Below the pieces are notes generated by a model, which saw only the letters and a program-made list of their open reading frames with translations, did not search any database and had not been told where the DNA came from. This document shows, piece by piece, positions 1-6,394 of a stretch of 7,929 nt of DNA. The position numbers were made by a program, and so were the translations under genes. Each line of letters starts with the position of its first letter. Position 1 is the first letter of the stretch. This DNA is from Leidyana gryllorum EB-2025a (taxonomy: Eukaryota > Protista > Apicomplexa): contig JBLWGC010000162.1 of the NCBI GenBank assembly GCA_048772705.1, positions 1-7,929 of the forward strand, read 5' to 3'.

Positions 1-64
1 ACCAGCGCGGGCCCGGCCCAGTAGATTTCGAGTCTAACCCCCTTAACCACCCGGGCAAGTTGCC
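1..64 (-). pseudogene. tRNA-Ser(CGA), 3' end runs off the window; carries lesions
   Basis: Matches the intact copy at 6947-7028 (GGCAACTTGCCCG..GACTCGAAATCTAC) but has A14>G and a 1-nt insertion in the anticodon stem. Confidence 0.8.
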
Positions 65-125
65 AACGGTAGAACTCGGCATGCCGCAGGCAGTGGCTTC
101 ACATACGGTTCAGCAGCTTGACTCG

Positions 126-198
126 GACCGCTCGCGCTGTCCGAACCCGCGGTCTCGCCATTGAAAGTCTTGCGCTCTACCGACGGAGCTGGCGCGGC
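126..198 (-). pseudogene. tRNA-Lys-derived pseudogene (loop now reads TTC)
   Basis: 5' half GTCGGTAGAGCGCAAGACTTT matches Lys at 7837-7910; anticodon, T and acceptor stems are disrupted. Confidence 0.8.
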
Positions 199-294
199 AG
201 GGAAGTGCGGACCTGGTAACAAGTTCCTTCCGTATTGGTCGCAGAATGTTGGGGCTCGAGTCCATGGCGACTCTTTATCAGAGATTTACTCACT

Positions 295-368
295 TGGTCA
301 CGCCCGGGCTCGAGCCGGGGACCTTGAGCTTATTAGGCTCACGCTCTAACCGACTGAGCTACGCGACC
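295..368 (-). tRNA. tRNA-Ile(AAT), T54>C variant
   Basis: GGTCGCG/CGTGACC acceptor, TGAGC-CTAATAA-GCTCA anticodon arm, T-loop CTCGAGC instead of TTCGAGC. Confidence 0.85.
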
Positions 369-467
369 ACTTCTGCGACGACAGATGGCACCGACCCGGA
401 TGCTGGATCCCGCAGGGCTGAAATCAAACCTCAAAGCCATATAGACACTGGCGGACAGCACCCAATT

Positions 468-509
468 TTCTAAGCTGGAGTCAGACGCGCTACGTTCCGC
501 CATAGGCCC
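468..509 (-). pseudogene. tRNA-Trp(CCA) 5'-half fragment
   Basis: Reverse complement GGGCCTATGGCGGAACGTAGCGCGTCTGACTCCAG; flank 510-547 is homologous to 2580-2617. Confidence 0.75.
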
Positions 510-577
510 AAAATCATCCCCCGCTCCAGACTCATTGCCTTGTGGTCCAACATCTTCGATCGTTCCAAACCATCTTC

Positions 578-649
578 AGGGCACCCGCGGAGTTGAACCA
601 CGGACTTGCTGATCTGCAGTCAGCTGCTCTACCACTGACCTACGTACCC
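578..649 (-). tRNA. tRNA-Cys(GCA), with 2 stem mismatches
   Basis: GCTGA-CTGCAGA-TCAGC anticodon arm; D-stem GGTC/GAGC and a G7:G66 mismatch. Confidence 0.85.
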
Positions 650-745
650 ACAAACTACCCGCCATACTCGCTCAACTCGATTCTGTCTTCTCTTCTGAAG
701 CAAAACGGCCGTTATTGTGCACGAGCTCATACAACAACGGGTCGT

Positions 746-816
746 GCATCTGTGGTCTAGTGGTAGAATGTGTCGTTGCCACCGAGACGACCCAGGTTCG
801 ATTCCCGACAGACGCA
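746..816 (+). pseudogene. tRNA-Gly(GCC), degenerate
   Basis: 5 substitutions versus the intact copy at 2635-2705, four of them breaking stem pairs. Confidence 0.8.
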
Positions 817-959
817 GGAGGCACGCCTCAAACCGCCGTGGCAAATTAACAGAGACGCTGACAACCTTGGTCGCACGAGGCCGGGGCATTCTGACACTGG
901 ATGTAACAACCCCCTGAGATAAGATCGAATGTAAGTTACGCGGTGGCACGGCGGTGATC

Positions 960-1033
960 GCTCCCCCAGCTCAGCTGGTTAGAGCATCGGCCTTATGTGC
1001 CGAAGGTCGAGGGTTCGATCCCCCCGGGGAGCA
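960..1033 (+). tRNA. tRNA-Ile(TAT), intronless, U8>C
   Basis: GCTCCCC/GGGGAGC-A acceptor, TCGGC-CTTATGT-GCCGA anticodon arm, GGTTCGATCC B-box, one T-stem mismatch. Confidence 0.85.
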
Positions 1034-1174
1034 AATCAACCCAATGACAGCCGAACGCGACCGCCGAGTACTTCAGCATTTGACACCTATGAGTGCCCTA
1101 GCCGGGCAGGCCGACCAGGAGGCTGTTTGACCTTAAGGTATCATTCTCCCTCGCTTGGAAGAACGTTGCCAGTG

Positions 1175-1198
1175 GGTGTAGTAGCTCAGTCGGCAGAG
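1175..1198 (+). pseudogene. tRNA-Asn-like 5' fragment (acceptor strand and D arm)
   Basis: GTAGCTCAGTCGGCAGAG is identical to Asn at 5783-5855 and the upstream flank is similar; it is fused to a Ser fragment. Confidence 0.65.
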
Positions 1199-1228
1199 TC
1201 TACCCCATAACCACTCGGGCAACTTGCC
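1196..1228 (-). pseudogene. tRNA-Ser(CGA) 5' fragment
   Basis: GAGTCTACCCCATAACCACTCGGGCAACTTGCC matches the D-arm/acceptor end of the Ser copy at 2779-2860. Confidence 0.75.
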
Positions 1229-1290
1229 ACCTGTCCAACTGGGCATCTTGCGCCCAGTGCCGTCACATACGGTTCAGCAAGCTCGACTCG

Positions 1291-1362
1291 GACTTCTCGC
1301 GCTGCCCGAACCTGCGGTCTCCCATCAAAAGTCTTGCGCTCTACCGACGGACTGGGGGCGGC
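1291..1362 (-). pseudogene. tRNA-Lys(TTT)-derived pseudogene
   Basis: AAAAGTCTTGCGCTCTACCGAC core; the degraded 3' half resembles that of the 126-198 copy. Confidence 0.8.
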
Positions 1363-1462
1363 AACGAAACTCGGACTTAATAACAAATTCCATTCGTATT
1401 GATCGTTGAATCTTGGGCCTTCCTCGGGTACAGGGCGAAGCTGTATCAGAGATGCACTCACT

Positions 1463-1536
1463 TGGTCACGCCCGGGCTCCAACCGCCGACTCAGAACTTA
1501 TTAGGCTCACGCTCTGGCCGCCTGAAACACGCGACC
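1463..1536 (-). pseudogene. tRNA-Ile(AAT) pseudogene
   Basis: Paralog of 295-368 with the same flank; D and T arms are disrupted. Confidence 0.8.
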
Positions 1537-1691
1537 GCTTCAGAGTTGAGGTGAACAGTCACTAGCCGAAGGGTGTTTAGCAAAGCCTTATGATTGGTAT
1601 GAACCGGCCACTCCGACGTTCCTCCACCGAGAAGGGGTACTACCAATTCGCACGGGATTCCTGATGGAAGGCGTAGCCCGTTCCCACTCTC

Positions 1692-1773
1692 GGCTAGGTG
1701 GCCGAGTGGTTAAGGCGGCGGCCTGCTAAGCCGTTGGGTTTCACCCGCGTGAGTTCGAATCTCAACCTTGTCG
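1692..1773 (+). tRNA. tRNA-Ser(GCT), 2 stem mismatches
   Basis: GCGGC-CTGCTAA-GCCGT anticodon arm, long variable arm GGGTTTCACCC, G73; T4:T69 and G49:A65 mismatches. Confidence 0.88.
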
Positions 1774-1968
1774 GTTGCATTTGAGAAAAAGCGCAAGGAT
1801 TTAAGTGAGCTTTCTGTCCCACCCAAATCCAACGCCTACGCTGGGCGCTATATACAGGAGCCACTTAAAATATTTCAGAGGTCAGTAGAGAGACCCGTGT
1901 TGCGTGTGTCCAGTTGAGGAAGCGCTAGTACGGAAAATTCAACAGACTCTTCTGGGATGGGCTGAGCC

Positions 1969-2040
1969 GGTTGCGTCCTGTAGTGGTTAGCACTGGAGAC
2001 TCTGAATCTTCCGACCTGGGTTCGATTCGCGGCGCGACCT
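1969..2040 (+). pseudogene. tRNA-Gln(CTG), D-arm disrupted
   Basis: GGTTGCG/CGCGACC-T acceptor, GGAGA-CTCTGAA-TCTTC anticodon arm; TCCTGT replaces the expected A-box/D-stem start. Confidence 0.8.
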
Positions 2041-2102
2041 TGGAACTGGTCCTCACTACTCCCTGAAACTTCGCCATGTCTTGGGCTGCGGGGACCATCC
2101 GT

Positions 2103-2174
2103 GCAGCAATGGTCTAGTGGTTACGACGTCTGCTTCGCACGCAGAAGTCCCGAGTTCGATCCTCGGTGGCTGTA
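2103..2174 (+). tRNA. tRNA with Val body and CGC (Ala-type) anticodon; probable pseudogene
   Basis: Near-identical to Val(AAC) at 6395-6467 but the loop is TTCGCAC; also C6>A and a 1-nt variable-loop deletion. Confidence 0.8.
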
Positions 2175-2229
2175 GCTCGCAACTTTCAGCGAGAACCGAA
2201 GCAGAGAATCTTAAGCGAAACCACCTGCG

Positions 2230-2301
2230 TTTCGAGACCGGGAATCGAACCCGGGTCTTCCGCGTGACAGGCGGAGACATTAACCACTATACTGACTCGG
2301 A
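2230..2301 (-). pseudogene. tRNA-Asp(GTC), degenerate
   Basis: TCCGC-CTGTCAC-GCGGA arm and T arm are intact; acceptor stem, U8, D-stem and discriminator are mutated versus the other Asp copies. Confidence 0.82.
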
Positions 2302-2392
2302 CGCTCCGAACACGCCGGCCTCCAATCCCAGAAGTCTTTCTATTCCGGCTCACGGACAAAAAACGCGTGGAGCGACGAACCAACAAGACTGC

Positions 2393-2472
2393 GGCAAGAT
2401 GGCTGAGGGGTCTAAGGCGCTGTATTCAAGTCGCAGTTCGAAAGGGCGTGGGTCCAAATCCCACTCTTTTCA
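2393..2472 (+). pseudogene. tRNA-Leu(CAA), degenerate
   Basis: GGCAAGATGG start, loop TTCAAGT, variable arm TTCGAAAGGG, T-loop TCCAAAT (T55>C). Confidence 0.8.
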
Positions 2473-2509
2473 GGTTGAGCCTCACACGGCAAACACAAAA
2501 GAGTCTGAT

Positions 2510-2579
2510 TGAGCCCATAGTGATTCGAAAACGCAACCTTCTGATCTGGAGTCAGACGCGGTACGTCGGCCATAGGCCC
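2510..2579 (-). pseudogene. tRNA-Trp(CCA) pseudogene
   Basis: TCTGA-CTCCAGA-TCAGA arm is intact; D-loop has deletions and the T-stem has lesions. Confidence 0.8.
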
Positions 2580-2634
2580 AAAACCATCTCCCGCTCCAGA
2601 CTCATTACTTGGTGGTCAGGAAAGGAGGTCTCAC

Positions 2635-2705
2635 GCATCTGTGGTCTAGTGGTAGAATGTCTCGTTGCCATCGAGACGACCCGGGTTCGATTCCCGGCAG
2701 ATGCA
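2635..2705 (+). tRNA. tRNA-Gly(GCC), intact
   Basis: GCATCTG/CAGATGC-A, TCTCG-TTGCCAT-CGAGA, CCGGG-TTCGATT-CCCGG. Confidence 0.95.
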
Positions 2706-2778
2706 GAGGAGATAATCCATGGTTGATTTTGCCAATGTTTCATGCCTCATTTAGTGTCTGACCTTCAATCACATCACA

Positions 2779-2860
2779 CGACAACTCTTGGATTTGAACC
2801 AGCGCGGGCCAGGCCCAGTAGATTTCGAGTCTACCCCCTTAACCACTCGGGCAAGTTGCC
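2779..2860 (-). tRNA. tRNA-Ser(CGA), two T-stem mismatches
   Basis: Identical to 6947-7028 except the 3' T-stem strand (CCAAG versus CCAGC). Confidence 0.87.
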
Positions 2861-3002
2861 AACTGTCCAACTCGGTATGCCGCAGACAGTGGCTACGTAT
2901 ACGGCTCTCGCGCATGACAAGCACGCTGCGCGATATGGTCTTGGCCCTTCAAAGGTCGTAACTTCGAGTATTTAAATACGCTGCGTGCACCCGTACGAAG
3001 TT

Positions 3003-3075
3003 TGGACAACCTGGGTATCGATCCCAGTACCTCTCGCATGCGAAGCGAGCGCTCTACCATTTGAGCTAGCCGCCC
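3003..3075 (-). tRNA. tRNA-Ala(CGC)
   Basis: G3:U70 pair, CTCGC-TTCGCAT-GCGAG arm, eukaryotic Ala T-loop ATCGATA, A73. Confidence 0.93.
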
Positions 3076-3171
3076 GTTGCGCAGACCCGCTAGCGTTTAG
3101 GGGCCCTGACATACTATGAGGTGTTTCGAAGAGGGTACGGCTCTCGGCCAAAGCTGCGGCTCAGTGAATTG

Positions 3172-3244
3172 TCCACTGTAGTCTAAGTGGCTAGGATATG
3201 CGGCTCTCACCCGCACGATCCGGGTTCAAGTCCCGGCAGTGGAA
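3172..3244 (+). tRNA. tRNA-Glu(CTC), intact
   Basis: TCCACTG/CAGTGGA-A, TGCGG-CTCTCAC-CCGCA, CCGGG-TTCAAGT-CCCGG. Confidence 0.95.
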
Positions 3245-3347
3245 GTCATTGAAGTACTGGATCAAAGTGCTCCGGTTCGATTCCCGCTTTGATGTATCGA
3301 TAGAGAACGGCTGTCACCACGTACAAAATGCAACAGCGTTGTTTTTT

Positions 3348-3418
3348 GCATCTGTGGTCTAGTGGTATAGTGTCTCGTTGCGATCGAGACGACCCGGGTT
3401 CGAATTCCCGCAGATGCG
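3348..3418 (+). pseudogene. Gly-body tRNA with GCG anticodon
   Basis: Paralog of 2635-2705 with loop TTGCGAT, a slipped T arm (TTCGAATTCCCG) and G73. Confidence 0.8.
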
Positions 3419-3495
3419 GAGGACACACGGTTGTTTTTACACCATTTCAGGGATTTATGCGTAAGTTGGTGTCTGGCCCCTCCAATCACATCGCA

Positions 3496-3565
3496 CGACA
3501 ACTGCTGGATCTGCCCAGGCCCAGTGGAATTCAAATTTACCCCCCTTTCCCACTCCGGCCTGTCG
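3496..3565 (-). pseudogene. tRNA-Ser pseudogene (loop reads TGA), internal deletion
   Basis: CGACAACTGCTGGAT and CCAGGCCCAGT match the Ser(CGA) copies; the flank CAATCACATCGCA is shared. The right boundary is approximate. Confidence 0.7.
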
Positions 3566-3637
3566 ATTCTGGCGTGAGGCGAGGAGTGGCCGGCCGCGGT
3601 AAGTGCTTATTTTCACCGCCTTCCATGACTACCTAGT

Positions 3638-3710
3638 GCCTCGGTAGCTCAGTTGGGAGAGCGCCAGACTGAAGATCTGGAAGTCCCGTGTTCGATCCAC
3701 GGCCGAGGCA
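3638..3710 (+). tRNA. tRNA-Phe(GAA), intact
   Basis: GCCTCGG/CCGAGGC-A, CCAGA-CTGAAGA-TCTGG, CCGTG-TTCGATC-CACGG, G20. Confidence 0.95.
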
Positions 3711-3902
3711 GAGAGTTTGTGACATTTGGTGTCGTCCCTCGCGCCCGTGCGAGCGTTCTGCCCCTCATCGGATACCTGTTTCAAGAGACACACGCCCCTT
3801 TCACAGTCCGGAAGCTTCGTGCAGCCAGTAGTCTGACGGCCCGCGGTGCTCAGATGGCAAGGCATCTGTCTAGGTCGTGCTGTGGAGTCGGGGGATAGTT
3901 TT

Positions 3903-3972
3903 GGGTCTCTGGCACAACGGTAGCGCGTCTGACTCCAGATCAAAAGGTTGGTGTTCAATCACTCTGGGTTCG
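3903..3972 (+). pseudogene. tRNA-Trp(CCA) pseudogene
   Basis: GGTAGCGCGTCTGACTCCAGATCA core; T-arm deletions and acceptor mismatches. Confidence 0.8.
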
Positions 3973-4013
3973 ATAAGATTCAATCATTTCCGCTTGGCGC
4001 GCGGACAAGACAG

Positions 4014-4094
4014 TGACATGACACGGCATCCGAACTCACGCCCTTTGGAACTGCGTTTTGAATAAAGGGGCTTAAACCACTGGGTCATCTGGCC
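4014..4094 (-). pseudogene. tRNA-Leu(CAA) pseudogene, heavily decayed
   Basis: Reverse complement GGCCAGATGACCCAGTGGTTTAAG..TATTCAAAACGCAGTTCCAAAGGGCGTGAGTTCG resembles 2393-2472. Confidence 0.75.
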
Positions 4095-4188
4095 AGCTCG
4101 CTTTCTGTCCCGCCACCCGAAGCGTTTCCTGCGTGTTGAAGCTAGGGGATAAAAAGGCCGCTGTTTAAGGTGGGGGGGGTCAGCTGCC

Positions 4189-4240
4189 TCCGACATAGTA
4201 CGAGAGTTAGTAGTTCCGCCTGCCACGCGAACGCCCCCCG
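4189..4240 (+). pseudogene. tRNA-Asp-derived remnant (loop reads GCC)
   Basis: TCCGACATAGTA..GTTAGTAGTTCCGCCTGCCACGCG aligns to Asp; it sits 94 nt from a divergent Leu, as in other Leu-Asp pairs. Confidence 0.7.
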
Positions 4241-4293
4241 CAGTGGAGCCAGTTCACATGTCAAGCTATCGCGTTTTGTGTCCTTACTATATG

Positions 4294-4366
4294 GCCGCCC
4301 TAGCTCAGTCGGTGGAGCGCAAGAGTCTTAATCTCTCAGTCGCCAGTTCGAGCCCCGTGGGCGGTG
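4294..4366 (+). pseudogene. tRNA-Lys(CTT), degenerate
   Basis: GCCGCCC/GGGCGGT-G acceptor, loop GTCTTAA, anticodon- and T-stem mismatches; 3' flank shared with Lys(TTT) at 7837-7910. Confidence 0.82.
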
Positions 4367-4499
4367 CGGATGAATGTCTCTGGGGGTAAGAATAAAATAT
4401 TTTGCATGCAAGCACACTAGAGTAACTCCAGTTGGCCCATCAACGCTGTCTGCCAAACGCCATCACGTTGACTATTAGTTTGCAAACCACCTCTCTACT

Positions 4500-4579
4500 T
4501 CCGGTGGGACGGAATCGAACCGCCGACTATCTGATGCCAGCACTACAGTCAGATGCTCTACCAACTGAGCTACCCCCGG
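4500..4579 (-). tRNA. tRNA-Tyr(GTA) with a 7-nt intron (4536-4542)
   Basis: C1:G72, A73, TCTGA-CTGTAG[TGCTGGC]A-TCAGA, GGCGG-TTCGATT-CCGTC; one acceptor mismatch. Confidence 0.9.
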
Positions 4580-4760
4580 CCGTCCAACAGCCTTAGACGA
4601 TCAGTTCCAGGCCGATACAGCACTCCTACGTGCTCTATCAGCTCAAACGAGTAGCTAGAAAGCATATATAGACTAGATCTAAACTCGAGATGGTTCACCG
4701 TTCTACCCGGATTTCAAGGTCTGCACTGACTAACTATTCCCGATCTTGAACTCCAACGGC

Positions 4761-4840
4761 TGACAAGAGTGGGATTCGAACCCACGCCCTTTCGGACTGC
4801 GGCCTTAACACAGCGCCTTAGACCACTCGCCCATCTTGCC
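4761..4840 (-). tRNA. tRNA-Leu(AAG), one D-stem substitution
   Basis: GGCAAGA/TCTTGTC-A, CTGTG-TTAAGGC-CGCAG, variable arm TCCGAAAGGG, GTGGG-TTCGAAT-CCCAC. Confidence 0.9.
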
Positions 4841-4934
4841 GGAGTGTTTTTGGCTCGCCGTTCCACCCGTTTCCTGTCCGTGAAATCTCAAAATGCGAGG
4901 AGTTCTGGGGTTGGAGGCCGGCATCTTTACTAGG
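4841..4934. repeat. Conserved spacer of the divergent Leu-Asp pair (also 2302-2392, 6174-6267, 7248-7326, decayed 4095-4188)
   Basis: Shared motifs CGTTT.CT.TCCGTG.AA..TCAA.ATG and TGGGGTT..AGGCCGG. Confidence 0.9.
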
Positions 4935-5006
4935 TCCGAGATAGTATAGTGATCAGTATTTCCGCCTGTCACGCGGAAGACCCGGGTTCGATTCCCGGTC
5001 TCGGAG
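4935..5006 (+). tRNA. tRNA-Asp(GTC), D-loop GG>GA
   Basis: TCCGAGA/TCTCGGA-G, TCCGC-CTGTCAC-GCGGA, intact T arm. Confidence 0.9.
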
Positions 5007-5189
5007 TAGTTCCAGCCCTCACAACTGGTGCAACTCAGATTTTGTCTCAGCTGGTCTGGACTTCATTCGGGATTGTACGAGACTGTCGTCTGGGTGCGGT
5101 GTATCGGCCTCCAGCCCCGAAGAAGTCGTACGGCCGGGGGTGCTCACTTCCTAAAGCATCTCTATCGGCGGCTTGCACCACCGATAGGC

Positions 5190-5259
5190 GGCTGTTTGGT
5201 CTAGTGGTATGCACTTGTTTCGGGTGGAAGAAGTCCTGGTTTAATATCCAGAACAGCCC
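5190..5259 (+). pseudogene. tRNA-Pro(CGG) pseudogene
   Basis: GGCTGTT/AACAGCC-C acceptor, Pro-type D arm TGGTCTAGTGGTATG, loop TTCGGGT; the T-loop is destroyed. Confidence 0.75.
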
Positions 5260-5360
5260 GTCTGATAGTTGTTGACCCAACACGGCACTCGACCCGTCGC
5301 GGACAGCTAAGACAGGATCTGAGTTGTTGACTCAACAGGCTGCAACCCGGCCATTCGCCC

Positions 5361-5433
5361 AGACGCTACTGGGACTCGAACCCAGAATCCCCGGTTCCGT
5401 AGACCGATGCCATATCCATTAGGCCATAGCGCC
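5361..5433 (-). tRNA. tRNA-Arg(ACG)
   Basis: GGCGCTA/TAGCGTC, D-loop AATGGATA, TCGGT-CTACGGA-ACCGG, CTGGG-TTCGAGT-CCCAG; one D-stem mismatch. Confidence 0.9.
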
Positions 5434-5554
5434 GACTAGCGGAGCCGTCAAATGGAAGTGTGTAGCGATCAAGACAGGACATCGGCAGCTACGGCCGATG
5501 GTGGGTCTGGACAACTTCACCCACATCTCCCATTCGAGACATCGGGGACATACT

Positions 5555-5590
5555 ATCCAAGCCAGGATTCGGGCCTGGGTATGCACGGCC
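5555..5590 (-). pseudogene. tRNA 3'-half remnant, possibly His-like
   Basis: Reverse complement GGC-CGTGC-ATAC-CCAGG-CCCGAAT-CCTGG-CTTGGA shows a perfect 5-bp T-stem with a 7-nt loop; the His identity is a guess from the GGC loop end and 4-nt variable loop. Confidence 0.4.
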
Positions 5591-5593
5591 GGA

Positions 5594-5637
5594 TGCGGGT
5601 GAGAGCCGCATATCCTAGCCACTTAGACTACAGTGGA
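5594..5637 (-). pseudogene. tRNA-Glu(CTC), truncated after the anticodon stem
   Basis: 44 nt identical to the 5' part of 3172-3244, with a conserved upstream flank at 5638-5682. Confidence 0.88.
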
Positions 5638-5782
5638 CAACTCCCTCAGCTGCAGCTTTCGCCGAGAGCCGTACCCTCTTGACAAGACGTGGTCTGTCGG
5701 GTGAACCTACAACAAAGGGGTTGCAGAATCATGTTGTAGAAAGTGGAGGGTGTCTCTAGCAACCTCTGAAACATTGTAGCTG

Positions 5783-5855
5783 GGTCTTGTAGCTCAGTCG
5801 GCAGAGCGTGTGGCTGTTAACCACAAAGTCGCAGGTTCGAAACCTGCCAGGACCG
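5783..5855 (+). tRNA. tRNA-Asn(GTT), intact
   Basis: GGTCTTG/CAGGACC-G, TGTGG-CTGTTAA-CCACA, GCAGG-TTCGAAA-CCTGC. Confidence 0.94.
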
Positions 5856-5960
5856 TTTCAGAGGCACCCCAGACACTGACTGACTGCCCTGCTCTCGCAA
5901 TGGTACCTGTGGTCTGCGACCCTTCAGAGTGACTCCCGCCACGTGTAGCCATACGTACTT

Positions 5961-6033
5961 TGGACGACCTGGGCATCGATCCCAGTACCTCTCGCTTGCT
6001 AAGCGAGCGCTCTACCATTTGAGCTAGTCGCCC
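5961..6033 (-). tRNA. tRNA-Ala(AGC)
   Basis: GGGCGAC/GTCGTCC-A with G3:U70, CTCGC-TTAGCAA-GCGAG, T-loop ATCGATG. Confidence 0.94.
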
Positions 6034-6093
6034 ATCCGCACTACATGGAAGACCTATTGCATCCAGTGGCTGACCGACTGCCCACACAACGGC

Positions 6094-6173
6094 TGTCAAG
6101 AGTGGGATTCGAACCCACGCCCTTTCGGACTGCGGCCTGAACACAGCGCCTTGGACCACTCGGCCATCTTGCC
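6094..6173 (-). tRNA. tRNA-Leu(CAG), one acceptor mismatch
   Basis: CTGTG-TTCAGGC-CGCAG; differs from Leu(AAG) at 4761-4840 at 4 positions including base 34. Confidence 0.9.
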
Positions 6174-6267
6174 GGGATGTTGTTGGCTCGCCGCTCCACG
6201 CGTTTTCTATCCGTGGAATCTCAAGATGGAAGGACTTTTGGGGTTTCAGGCCGGTGTGTTCGGAGCG

Positions 6268-6339
6268 TCCGAGATAGTATAGTGGTTAGTATTTCTGCCT
6301 GTCACGCGGAAGACCCGGATTCGATTCCCGGTCTCGGAG
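6268..6339 (+). tRNA. tRNA-Asp(GTC), G53>A
   Basis: Full cloverleaf; B-box reads GATTCGATTC. Confidence 0.88.
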
Positions 6340-6394
6340 CACAGTTGATCTCGCTTAAGATTGTCTTTTTTGGTGCCCGCTGAAAGTTGCGAGC

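Larger units (their letters stand above)
30..368. repeat. Direct duplication Ser(CGA)-Lys-Ile(AAT); second copy at 1196-1536
   Basis: Shared spacers TCACATACGGTTCAGCA, TAACAA.TTCC.T.CGTATTG.TCG, TATCAGAGAT..ACTCACTTGGTCACG. Confidence 0.9.
1692..2472. repeat. Left arm of an inverted segmental duplication (Ser-Gln-Val-Asp-Leu); partner at 6094-6837
   Basis: Same gene order and relative orientation in reverse complement, with matching spacers (e.g. GTGTCCAGTTGAGGAAGCGCTAGT, GACTCTTCTGGGATGGGCTGA). Confidence 0.93.

Noticed and set aside
746-816. RIP or methylation-type C>T hypermutation as the cause of decay
   Set aside because: Differences between paralogs include T>C and transversions, and CpG remains abundant. 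This was judged by eye, not counted.
3270-3287. Isolated B-box-like CCGGTTCGATTCCCG
   Set aside because: No accompanying D or anticodon arm; too short to assign, though it may be a tRNA relic.
4690-4750. Possible tRNA-Sec (TTCAA loop near 4712)
   Set aside because: No proper 7-nt loop with a 6-bp stem, long D stem or T arm could be formed.
5162-5187. Hairpin CTATCGGCGG-CTTGCA-CCACCGATAG upstream of the Pro pseudogene
   Set aside because: A single 10-bp imperfect stem with no T-tail, not clearly conserved in the paralogous block; could be chance.
5540-5556. U6-like word TCGGGGACAT
   Set aside because: The diagnostic ACAGAGA box and the rest of U6 are absent.
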